Shown in pieces: positions 47,610 through 59,950 of a stretch of DNA of 64,000 bases. Source of the DNA: Marsupella aquatica (taxonomy: Eukaryota > Plantae > Marchantiophyta). Both the position numbers and the translations under genes were made by a program. The stretch lies in contig OZ316891.1 in assembly GCA_973895155.1 (NCBI GenBank), forward strand, positions 5,675,708 through 5,739,707, read 5' to 3'. A model generated the notes under the pieces. It was not told the origin of the DNA. It did no database searches and saw only the letters and a program-made list of their open reading frames with translations. The stretch's first letter is position 1; every line of letters begins with the position of its first letter.

Positions 47610-49706
47610 ATGGAGCGTCTCTGCTTTTGGGCTAAGAACAGGAAGGAAGAGAATTATTCCGAAGGGGAACTGCAGCATTCGGAGGAGTGTTCAAAGCGGA
47701 GGAGAGAGCAGATCAAACTCGCGGCAGCGAGGATGAGCGGGGAGGAGAGCCATCAGGTGTACAGATTCTACGAGGCCAAAGCTCAGGTGGGCAAGGGAGG
47801 CATTTGGGATCCGGACCATGGGTTGTACTACTACATCGACATCGCGGGGAAGACCTTGCATGTGCTTCGGCTTCCGGACTTCCATCGAGAGGATTATGAT
47901 GTTGGGACTCAGGTGGGCGCGATGGCGTTGATTGACGGAGGATGGGGCCTGGTGATGGCCGTGCAAGATGGTTTTGGGATTTGGGATTTTGAGAAGAAGA
48001 AGTTGGAGATGGTGGCTACCCCGTATGGGGTGAACAGCGGGTGGCGGATGAATGATGGGGCTTGCGATTCCAGAGGCCGGTTCTGGGCGGGGCGATTGTT
48101 TATGGCCGATGAGACCCAGCCTGGAGAAATTTATCGACTCGAGAGGGATGGCGCCACTGTCACTAGCGTGATTCAAGGCATTTGCTGCACCAATGGGGTT
48201 TTGTGGAGCCCTGATAACACTCTGATGTAAGTTATCCAGCTCTCCTTGGCTATTGACTCAATTACGTCATATTTTGCTCTAAATCAGTACATTGGTCGAT
48301 ATCCCCGTCTTCCTACTGTTTTCGCTACTAATTGTTCTCGGTTGCGTCTTAACTGTTTCTGTACTCCGTCCATGAATTAAAAGCTACTTTAGTTCCCTGA
48401 AACTCTCGTGGGTTGAATTCCCTGTGATTGAGTAGGCATGGAACTTCATGCGTGCGTTCTTTTTGGGCACCAGACTCTATTTGTGGGTCCAATTGCATAA
48501 ATTTGGAAACAAATCGACTAATCTGAGAGCATGCTAATCTGAATTTGAGAGAGCGAAGGGCAAGACTAAACTTGTGTAAGAAATAAGGAAACTGAGGTGA
48601 ATCAGATTAACAGTATCCAATTGGCCGATTCGCCACCGTTACATGGTTTTGAGATGTAGCGATACTTAGAATTAATGGCATAAACGACCCGAAGAGCGTG
48701 ATCTCAATCTAACCCCGAAGAATAAAGCCCGACTGATACTCTAGAGCCGACACTACTATCGTCAGCATAGCGCTGTCCTTCCTTTAGCGCAAGAGAAACA
48801 AAATGACTTTTCACTTCTCAAACAGTACGAGTATGAGTATTTTGCAGAATCGAATACCTCCTTACTTCATAGCATTTGTGAGGTAAGGAAAACTTGATTA
48901 ACTGGATTTCACAGCCAACTGGGTGTGATTACTGTAGGAAATAGCACGTCATCTATTTGTGATGGATTAAGAAGTCTTGAAAGGGACTCAATCATGGACT
49001 TTCTATTTATCCTTAATGGGCATCACAGTTGAGTCGTCAAGACAAAATGTCATGTCTTGCTTGTCTGGTGAGTAAATAGACTTGACTTGAAGGTTCAGGG
49101 CTATCCGTCAGGCACTTTGAGTACGCAAAATAGGGTCATGGATCACTTCCATATGGCAGTCAATGACTTGCCTTCAACTTGATCACGACTTAGACATTCG
49201 TGTTCAATCCTCTTTCTGTGATCATCAGGTATTGTGGGGACAGCTCCATGAAGAAGATCTTCGTTTGGGACTACAGCGAGGAAGAAGGCACAGTAAGAAA
49301 CAAACGGCTTTTCATGGACACCAAGCCTGTGTTTGATGGGGTACCCGACGGAGCTACAATAGACAACGAGGGGTTCCTCTGGGTGTGCTTCTATGATGGC
49401 CACAAGATGGTACGAATCTCCCCCAGCGCCAAAGTCGACAGAGTGTATGATTTACATGTGAGGCGCCCCACGCAGCCCATCTGGTTCGGAGAAAATCTCG
49501 ACGAGTTGCTCATCACAAGCGCAGGCAAGGGCGTGAATTTGGAGGATTGTCCTGAAAGTGGCAACATCCTTCGAGTCATGGCTGGTGTGCGAGGAGAACT
49601 CAAGGCCAAATTCAAATATTCGGGAACCAAATTCTCCGTTTACAATAGAAAGTCACCAGTACGAAAAGTGTCCCCACAAAAAAGTCCATCAAGAAACAAC
49701 AGATGA
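47610..49706 (+). CDS. SMP-30/gluconolactonase/regucalcin family protein, 2 exons
   Basis: Exons 47610 (or an ATG near 47733) to 48226 and 49229-49706. Motifs LYYIDI.GK, RMNDGACDSRGRFWAG, TNGVLWSPDNTLMYCGDS, GVPDGATIDNEGFLWV and LDELLITSA. Confidence 0.9.
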
Positions 49707-51838
49707 TTTGTTCGACGCCGTTCCATTTCGCTACAAGGGTACCGAGCTAGGGGTCCTTCTCGACCATGTTTTCCTTGGATGCTTGTGTTTCAGTCTTATG
49801 GGTGCAGGTAAAAATTCGCCTCTAACAATATCGTCAAAGCACTTTAGTACGCACCTGGGGGAAAGCAGCCACTCGGCGGATAAAAGCATTTTTCGCCCTC
49901 TCGAATGATCCTGCCTTGGGCCCTACCGTGATAGTTCTCATTAAACTCCACCAGAACGACTTCTCCGAAATGGGAGATTTGTTGGTTGAAAGAACAAGCG
50001 GCTAGTAAGGATAGAAATTGTGTCAGTCGAAAGCTTGAGGGCAGACACAGGAACACAGTACAATAATCCACCAATTTCAGCAGTCTTGTTTTTACCAGAG
50101 CTCTTTCGCTTATGCTGCAGCTGTGTCATGTTTTTGCTGGGCCTGTTAATGAGAATAGCAACCTAAGAATAAAATTGGTTTCGCTTCACTCTCACCAGGC
50201 TTTCTCCTTACCTTTATGTCAGATCCTAGCAATAACGAGCAATATTAGATGTGACGAATGTCCACACGGGATTTTATGGGCGATAGATGCCACCATGACC
50301 GTGCACTCCAGGTGCCAAGAGCAGAATACGTGCAATAAAGAAGTTGATTCAGAGTTCTCGGTAGTTGATCTCTGGGACCAGTTCTGTTTGTGTGAAAGAA
50401 GGGATGTTGGTAAGTTGATTTCTTCGAGTGACAATGCTAGAGACATGTGAATTGACGAGTACTAGATTGAGGGATAACTTCCTGCATGGTTCCTGCTCCT
50501 GACAAACACGCGATTGAGAGGAGAGGTTGGATAGATTACACAGGCCGGAGAATGCTGGAGCTGGAAGCTACCGTCGAGACATCTCTGGGATGCACTAGAC
50601 GTACTCCAGCAACATAGAAACGTATATTGATCAGCACAGTAGGGCTTACACCAGCTCAGACAATCACCGAGACCATGTCATCGTTCAGCCTCATCTCACG
50701 GTAGGAGTCCGAAACAGACGCCACAACCCTAAACAGAAAACCACAGAAAACCCTCAAGACTTTGGCCCACCAGTAGTTGGAACCAGTTCAACCCTGATAT
50801 CCATCGACTACACAGGACAGCTGAGCCGCTGAGCTACGTCACCGTACTAATCAAATTTACACTTGGTTCATTGTCGATGCAGATACACTCCAATATTCGC
50901 GCAAATTCCAGTATTTATAAAATGCAGAATTGTTTCATTTTAATCAGATGCATACGTGGCTGATTTCGCAATAGAACCATGTACAAAGGGAAACATCTTA
51001 ATGTGGTAGTATATGGGACTACGATGAAAGAGTGACAGCACAGAGCTAAAAAGCACTGACTAAAATGTTTCGAGTGGTACGCTACACGAATTACGCAGAT
51101 GACTGTCCCTCGAAAACTTGAAGCATTTGATCTCCTGTTGGATCACGTCAACATATCCCGCGTGAGTTATAAAAATTATCATTACGGATTTCATATGATC
51201 AGCTCTGATGCACTTCGACGTGATGTGCTCCAGTTCTTGCAGGCCTTCCTTCGGTCAAATCTTCAGTGGCCCCTCTTAAATGTTCCTGTCAAGTGTTACC
51301 AGACGGTTTGTTAAAGCTGGCGTTTGGCTATCAAAAGGAGATGAGCACCGTGCCTAGTACGATAGTAGAGGGGTGCATTCCTCCCATTGACGTTTGTCCA
51401 TGTCCACAGCTGCTCTCAATGACAGTGACTTCCAAGCTGCGTTCAGCAGCTTCCACTAACCCAGAAAGTAGCTACTTGTACGCAGATACGCGTCTGCTTC
51501 AAACGATGAACGACAGTTACAACAAACCAGCAAAGGAGACACCACTAGTCTAGCCCATGCGCATTCAGAAAGTGATCCACCAAATACTGGTAGAGATATA
51601 TTGAAATGTTGAAAAGATACAAATTGCCGTCGACAGAACCCATCTCCTAGTCATTCTGCTGTGGCATTCAAGGGTCCCGAAATATAGAAAATTCACTTTG
51701 AACTCTACATTTAAGTAGTTTGTCTCTGCCTACTAAATTCTGTCACGATCTCAACCGGCTGGACCAACCAACATAAGCATACTCGTCAATACTTTACAAG
51801 AGTGGCAAGTGACTAAAAATTGTCCAAAATATGCGACG

Positions 51839-54800
51839 CTAAAACGACATTGGGACTCCACCACTGTTTAGATAGGAAAGGCCAGCAACAAGGCCAGCTA
51901 ACGTTGCACTATTGTATGTTCCTGCCTCGTTCTGTCCGGTGTTTGTTCTGTTATCCTGGAATGTGCGATCATCTTCAGCTGGGCCCCCAACCAGTCCTCC
52001 AGAAGCAACATTTGGGTTGGGACTTCCACTACTGAGCCATTCAAATCCGGTCTTACAATCATACTGCACACCATCCACTGGAATTGAGGCACCCCTATGG
52101 TGGAGGAACTTGGAATATGTGTTTCCATATCCCACCAAGTAGCTTCTCTTGATTGGATTGTTTCCCAGGAGATAATCAACCTGAAATTTCACCGACCATT
52201 CTCAATAACAGATGCCAAGTGTTCACGAAGCTCAGATAGAAGAAGTGCAAACTAAACACACTTACTAAAGAGCATGTCATCGCAAACATGTACGTCAGGG
52301 GTACATTTCGAAACATTCTTTGAAGCGGTATAAAAGGTATGGAAGCTCATACCCGAAGCCTTGCAATGATCTAAGATGAGGAGACATAAAAAAATTCACT
52401 TTGCTGAAGATTTGGAACTCTCCCACCGAAAGTAATTGAGGTTCGAACAGCAACTCACCTGGGTAAATGCAAAATGTCGGAGTTGATCCGGAGCATAGTT
52501 ATATCCACTACAGGTCAGTTGACTGTTCGCAGCGAGAAGATAGTCACTGTAGACGAGTGCCAGAAATGCGGCATTCACAGTCTCTATTGACGTACTCCAT
52601 GCTGTGACCCATATCATGCCCCCTGCAGTCATTTCATTCAGCATTAGAGTAATGCATCTGTTGCTTGAACATTAACGAGAGAACATACAGCGCAACTCAA
52701 TCCTTCGTCGTGGCATCGGTACTATGAGGATAATGATCACATGCTAATGATTATGATGTATCAAGGATCAATTTGCATAATTGGAATATAAGCGAATCCG
52801 GAGGTCATGGCATTTGTCTACAGAATCTCACCTTTAGAACGGTCAAGTGTGGCTGATGGAGAGTTCGGTAAAAGTGCACACATTAACTTATCTGCAGTTG
52901 ACTTGTAACTAGAAAGCTCGGTTGCACCAACATTTCCACCTGGAGGGCTCAACAACTTATTTCTTGATAGTAGGACCTGTAGGAAATAAGTGCAAATAAA
53001 GTTTTAAAAGTTACACTTCCTTCCCGTGTTCTAGACACTGTAAGGGTTCTGGACGTCAGCTCAGCGGCGGACAATGTTCGTTACACTACATGACCATAGT
53101 CAGCATAGCCTTAATTTTGAGAATATGGACACGGTTCACCTCGTTAGTCAGTATTCCAATGCATCTCTTAAATGATTGTACAAGAAGAAGGAATACAAGT
53201 ATCATTTATAAGCCCTACCAATCTTTACGATGACCCTCCAAGCGGTGGTCCATTAGAATGGGAGAAAGTCGGGAGAACGACTCTTCTCACAAAAATCTCA
53301 GACTATTCTAACTGCGGTAGGCTGTATAGAAACATTGCAGCACATCAACAACAGTTCAAAAGCCAAAAAACTAACCTGTACACCAGCTCTCTTGTCATCC
53401 CAACTTAGCCACAGCGGGGCCTTGTCAAAAGCAGCATACAGCTGTCCCTGACTACCTGTAACATAATTCATGAAGGTGGTCTCCCCAGTCGCTTGATATA
53501 GCCATGCGGCTGCCCACAAAAGATCGTCCTCAAACCCAGTTGAGTTGTAGAAGTTTGCAGCATCTGGGAAGCTATCAGTGTACAATCCTTGATAGGTATC
53601 GGCGAAATTAAACAAATCTCTAGAATGGCTGAGTAATAGGCCAGCATACGTGGTGTTCATGTAAGCGCTGCTCTTCTTAAATACAATTGAAGCGGCAGCT
53701 AGAGCTGCAGCTGCTTCACCAGCAACGTCACTTCCGGGATGTGTGGCATCAACTTTCGACGATGGTCTTGTTTGATTCACGTCCTCTGCTCTCTGCCAGC
53801 ACACATGGTCTACTTGCGGATCGCCAACCTGCAAGTGATCATCCAGATCGGCAAGAGAATATTAGCACACTGCATTTGCAGCCTATTCCATCTAGTGTAT
53901 CCCTAGTTTGATTGCTTGTTTGTGTTTTTAGTGAATTTGCTCGACAGCTTATTTCCCATAATCTGGAGGGAGGGCAACGCCTTCGGTCTCTGGAGCCGGA
54001 AGCTTATTCCCATGACAGGCGCTCTGGCCAGAACCTCACCATACTCAAGTTCTATTCCTCACAAGGGAGATGTCCCACGAGATGCTGCTGCGCTAGTTAT
54101 CATTTCGTGTACTACCAACGGCATTTCTTCGTCAGTATTCGTATTTGCAGTCCGGAAGGGATGTGCTTCGTTCTCAATCAAATGAATGGAGTCGATCTCA
54201 ATTTGTGTGACTGGGTGCACGTATCAAAGTGTCCCCGTACAAACTTTCGGAATTGACCTCAAGGAGAACAGAGGACTGTTAGGACTAGTTATGACTTAGA
54301 TGGGTGACTTGGAGCAAACCATGGGCTGCGAGCTGCAAAATGACTCATGGGACAAACAACGCCCAGTCTTATGAGGACGAGAAGAGAGATGGAGTTTCTT
54401 ACTTGGAAGTAGTACACGTCCGGTTTGGGGTGAGCTTTGATAAGGTAATCTGTGATCCACTTGATTCTGTCGACGGCCTCGGTCAGTTGATTCTGAGATT
54501 GCATTTGGGGTCCGTACTCAAGCACACCCCAAGACAGGATAGTTGCCGTGTATGCCATTGGCAACCCGAATTTGATGTGATCACCAGCATCGTAAAGACC
54601 TCCGGTGAGGTCCAGACCCACGTCTGACCCATCTTGAAGGCAGGAACTTCCCCTCCACTTAATCGGAAAGTTAGCCGGTAGCTTGCCCGCTGCTCGACAC
54701 AATCATGTAGAAAGAACAAATTAAATCAAATCATAAAAACAGCTTAACAAATTCATCAAACGCGATGGAGCTCTCCTGATCCAAGATTGAGTAGTGACTG

Positions 54801-55585
54801 ACAACAAGGCTTGGTACAGTGGTGCAGACAGCTGGTTCTCTCAATGGGTTGAATTGACGATGAGAATGAATCAGATATCCCCTCAGCGAGAAGAGAGAAA
54901 GAGCGCGTTGGTGAGAAACATCGGCTCTGGGTCCGCAAATGAAGGCAATCTACGAAAAGCAATAGAACCCAGAAAATGCAGACCGGGAAATTCCGAGCCC
55001 CGGTAGGGAAGACACTACAAGAGGTTGGAGATGTATCGAAAGCTGCGTTACACAGTCCAGGTCCAGGATGGTCCTCAACGATGTAAGGAGCCCTGCTTCA
55101 TGGGAAGGACCATTGCGGCTCACTTGCAAGACGAAAGAACAGGAAAAGATTCAAGAGACGGGAATGCCTTTACATTTTGGGCGAGCAGGAACTGTAGTGA
55201 GAGCGATAACGCATTGCTGAACGTCTAGTTATGGGTGGTGATAGGAAACTGGAATGGGAAGGATCATTGGGGATCACTTGCAGAAGATGGAAGAACACAT
55301 ATAGATTCAAGAGACGGGAATGCCTTTACATTTTTGGGAGTTCAGAAACTGAAGTGAGAGGGATAACGCATTGCCGAACACGTAGTTGTTGGTGGTGATA
55401 GGCACGGGACCGTAGCCAGAATTCGAGCCTCCTCCACCATGGCTTTTCTTGTGTGTAGCTATATAGATTCCGTAGGCAGCTCCTCCTACACCTCCCAACA
55501 GGAGCACCGTCCAGAAAATCCACCGAAAGACCCGTAGACAGCTCCATGACGGCTTCTCATTCCCCCAATCATCATAGGTCACCAT
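51839..55585 (-). CDS. Glycoside hydrolase family 9 endo-1,4-beta-glucanase with N-terminal membrane anchor, 6 exons
   Basis: Exons 55330-55585, 54403-54689, 53376-53828, 52832-52976, 52459-52622 and 51839-52180. Motifs DLTGGLYDAGDHIKFGLP, DDLLWAAAWLY, HHRGASIP and QNEAGTYN. TM segment WIFWTVLLLGGVGGAAYGIYIA. Confidence 0.94.
55147..55245 (-). repeat. Decayed tandem copy of the 3' half of GH9 exon 1 with its splice donor
   Basis: agattcaagagacgggaatgcctttacatttt...gataacgcattg...ggtggtgatagg at 55147 and 55303, an offset of 156 bp. Confidence 0.85.
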
Positions 55586-58117
55586 ATCTCTCCCCTTCCG
55601 CCTCACAACAGGAGCAAAATGTGGACTAACAGACGAGAGCAAAGTGTCTCTAGTTTCCGATCACTTGACACCCCATTGCCTAACTATGCATTACTCCCGT
55701 GATGCTCCTTCCCTCGGCCCGCAGACCGATAACACCTGCTCTTTGCCCCTGTCCTCGCCAGCATTCCTGTTTGTTACCTGTGAGAAATGCTGCCAATCTA
55801 CCCACGGAGACCGCGTCAAACTCCTCAGTTAAAGTTCCCCAGATCCGTGTCGATGAATCCAAGGGCACTGTTTCCTCGGTCAAGTGACGCTCCTTTCTTG
55901 CCTGCTTCAAATCACGACGACGTTCCCCAGTTCAAAGATTTCAGTTCAGTGGATTCTGTTTGCCTCAAAATGTCGCCAGACACCTGAAATCAGACGACCC
56001 TCCCTCTACGGCACGTTCCACACCGGTTCTTGCACACCTTCTCTCGCTTCTCCGCTGCAATGCTGTAAAGATCCACGCTTCCTTTCCTCAAAATCTTCCG
56101 GGCAATGCCTACCGAGAGCTGATGAAACTCCTCAGCACACAACAGAGTACGGGAGCAAAGGCACCTCGGTGAGGCAGAAACTGTACCACCACTCTGAAAA
56201 AGCAAGCTTCCCTTCACCCTTCTTACCTGTACACCGACCAGACGCACGCACTAGAGTACCTCATTTCCTGCGGCCGAGGTCCTCTCTCACAATCTAGCAC
56301 CTGCAGAGAGGGGTACGGTAACAAACACCCCCACATTCCATGTTACCCCACTGTGCCCACTGCAATCTACCAATGACATCCCTGCAAAGGCTCCAACGAT
56401 AAAATTGTACAAACCCACTGGAAGGACGGATAGGATTCACACTTCAGAGGTACTCTTGACTCCAGCAGTCCAGCAGCTCGGCAGCAAATGGGTGCCAAAC
56501 TGTAATGGCAGAGACTGCTGTTATTATTACACTTTCCAGGAAATTTAACCGCTCTCGAAAATCCGATTGATGACCCTAAAGGCGGCAGGCAGTGAGTCAT
56601 TCTGTCTGACGTGCCTCCTGATTCACTTCCTGGCCATCCAATTTAGCTGACAATGCGGATGCTTTTTACTCTCTTAGTCTCTTGTCATCAAATTTTCTCG
56701 AAACAAAAATAGGAAATTAGGAACCTTTGCTTTGCGGCATTGATTGGAGACAATCAAACTTGACAGCTCCCCAAGGACAAAAATGATGCCCAATCAGTTC
56801 CAGCTGAGCTCCTTCCTGCCCTCTCCCCCTCTCGCTCGCTCCTCTCATGATTGAATCATGGACCTCGAATTGGTCCCCACCAACGGACCAACAAGCCTTC
56901 GCTTTGAACGGATCTCTGCTTCTCCAGTCTCCACCTCTCCCTCTCTGGTCTGCTCTCCTGACCAATTCTTCAGTCTCCCTCTCTCTTCCATTCAACCCAT
57001 TCAGTGCAGCTCTGTGTCCTCTTGTGACAATGTGACATTCTGCTGCTGATTCACAGAATTTATGGCGTCACAGGATCTCAATAAATGGAACATAGATTCG
57101 GAGTGATTCTTGCCAGAATGCCAGTGCACTTTCCCAAAGTCAAGGCAGCGTGTACTGTACAACTTACTGAAGGAATGATGGTGGACGGTGGTGTTAAAAA
57201 GCAAATTAAAAAAAGCCAAGAAAGATGGTGGACTCAGGTTGGCTTTACAAGATATTGGGGCGAGCGTGATTTATTTTCACCAAACTAAACTTGATGGGGC
57301 CAGCATAGCTTTTGAGGGTTTTATTTCTACCTTGCAATTCTGGTGCGCCTCTTACCGTTGATGGGAGGACTATCCCAAATACTGCAGGCCAGCATATTTT
57401 CTAAGGATTTTACTTTTCCTCCAGAGTGGAGAATGTACTACAGTGAGTGAAGGAGAAGATGCTCAAAAGATTCTCTATTTAATTATTTTCCTGACCATCA
57501 GATCTCCCTAGATTTAAGGCTGACTGTTAGAGTCTAGGTGATGGGGCCTGGGATTAATTGGAACACTGGCTAATGAGACAAGCAAAATAATAGCTATTTT
57601 TGGCCAAAAGTGGAGAAAGATTTTTGGGGAGGTGCAATTTAGCCAATTTTTGCCACTAAAAAAACACTGCTGCATACTGGGCACCCGATCTATTCACCTA
57701 AATGATTAAGATCGTATAACACTGTAACTACAATCCTTGCGCACAGCTCTGGAACAAAAGGTGACGAAGATACGAGGAAAAATTCTCACTTAATTCTTCA
57801 AGATTTATTTGTGACCATCAGATCTCCCTAGATTTAAGGGTAAAGGTTGGATTTTGGCTTATGGGGTCTGTGGCTATATGGGAAACTGATTACTGATCTA
57901 GTGAATTTTGCCAACAGTAATAATACATTTTAAAGAAGGGAAATCTAGGGAATTTAGCCACTAAAAACAACACCAAGGGTGATGTTAAAAATAATGAATC
58001 ACAGAGATTGTGGGCGGTGACTATACAAGAGAAAATGAAGCTTGGATGGACCAAGCGACTGAACAGGGAGTTCTTGGTGGATTGTGCCTTGCCGAGTGTT
58101 AGACATGAATGAACTAG

Positions 58118-58220
58118 GACTGTTTTCCTTACACAGCTTTTAACTACATTGCCACTAAAGATGTGACTTATTAGGATACCGCCACTGTTTTTTCAATATT
58201 TATAATACTGCCACTGTTTT
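58118..58220 (+). mobile_element. Possible left terminus of the MULE
   Basis: Three spaced GCCACT sub-repeats of the kind seen in Mutator TIRs. No matching right TIR was found in the window. Confidence 0.3.
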
Positions 58221-59950
58221 CGTATCTGGTTACTTGGGTTTAGACGAGTTAACCCAAGTTTGACGTGTCTCATCCTCGTAGGCTGAATAGTCCGTCAAGT
58301 CTATTAGGCTTCCGTCCACTCTTTTGCTTGACTCTCCCTCTTGGACTGCGCGCGCAAGGCATTTGGCAGTGACAAATGCAACCTCGACTGTTCATCCATA
58401 GTCGACACTATGGAGAGACGTTTGAACACGAGTTTGAAATAGAAACGCCCTAGTAGTCTTGGAATCCCACTTTCAATAAGCATAGCCTGAGATAGAATGT
58501 CGATGTTTGGGCAAGAATGTGATGAAACCTGCAGTCGCTACAAACAGGAGCAGAGTCTCGAGTTCATAAGCTCTTTTTATCATGATTGTTACTTCTTGTC
58601 GTCGGCCCGCAAATGCGCCCTAGTAATTAATGAACGACTATGACTTTGCTTCATTTTTTTTACAAAGTGAGCTACATTCGGTGTTGACGGTATGCACAAT
58701 CATCCATGAGTATCTTGTCTCTCAGGTTTCGCTATCGTTGGGGGGAACTTTTCAGCTCCATTCGGATTCAGTCGTTGCCTCAAAAAATTGGCTAAAACTC
58801 CCTGAGTTTTCATGAGAGTTTCCAGCCCGTTTCATGAATCCATGTTCATTCTGGAAGGACTGTTGCTGATCCAAAGATATTAATCGGCATTAGAGGCACT
58901 CTAGAAGGAAGTACCTGATACTGCTGCTGGTCGCACTTTGGAGAGAGATACATTCATTCTGGAAGGACGACTACTCATCAGGAGCTATTTTCAGCAAAGG
59001 CACTTTGGAACGTGCTCTGGAAGGAATAAGCTGATGTTGCTGATGCTGCTGATCGCTATGTAATCTGAGAGATACCTCGTGGACCAATGAAATTGGGATT
59101 ACAGGTGAATCTATTAGAAGCTTATATACCATTCTCAAAGCTCACAGCCAAACTTAGGTGAGACAGATTGTAGTGATCGATAGAGACATCAAGACCAGTG
59201 GAAGAGAAAGGTATTTTTGGCATTCTAAATTTTTACCGATGGAGCCCACAATTTTGACAGTGGCTTGAGCTCCACCGTCAATCTGGCATTGGATATCTAA
59301 TTACAAAAAGAAGTGATCGACATTCAGTTTACAAGCTTCCTGGATCCAGTGGAAGATGGCCCCGATTTTCCATTGGAGAATCTCAGGATCCAAAGTCACT
59401 CCAAGTACACATGTGCTCGAGTTCAATGAGCTCAATTGAACATACTAGTTTTGGAGTCTACTCTTTACACTGTCTCCTTGTCTTCTTACGTACCAGAGAT
59501 CCGATTGGGGAGAAACGTACAAATTCACTATTCATATTTAACTTGCTCATTAAACTTATGCTTGTGGGAAATTATGCTTCTGGTAGTAACCAATTCCATG
59601 CTCTTTGAACTGAAGACATACATTGTGGGCATTATTCTTTCCTTGCAGATTTTGTCAACGACAGCAGTTTGGTTGTGACCAGTGCAGCAGGCGAGGCAGC
59701 AGGCTGTGTTTGGGGACCAACCCAGTACAAAATATTTGTTTTTTTTATTATTGGTTTTCATTCAGTGCATTCCTTTCCATCTACAAATAGAGCATGGTCA
59801 CTGTTCTAGTAGGTCTCGTAGTTTATAAGACACTACCAGACCATGTATGTGTTCTGAAGTGAAATTGTGCATTTTATATTCCATGCTCAAATTATGTTTG
59901 CCATTTATTATGGCCTCAGTTGTGACATTACCCTGTTGAACTGTATGCAG

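Noticed and set aside
47691-48176. 161-aa antisense ORF and other antisense ORFs over the LRR, LINE and GH9 sequences
   Set aside because: These are shadow frames of genuine coding sequence.
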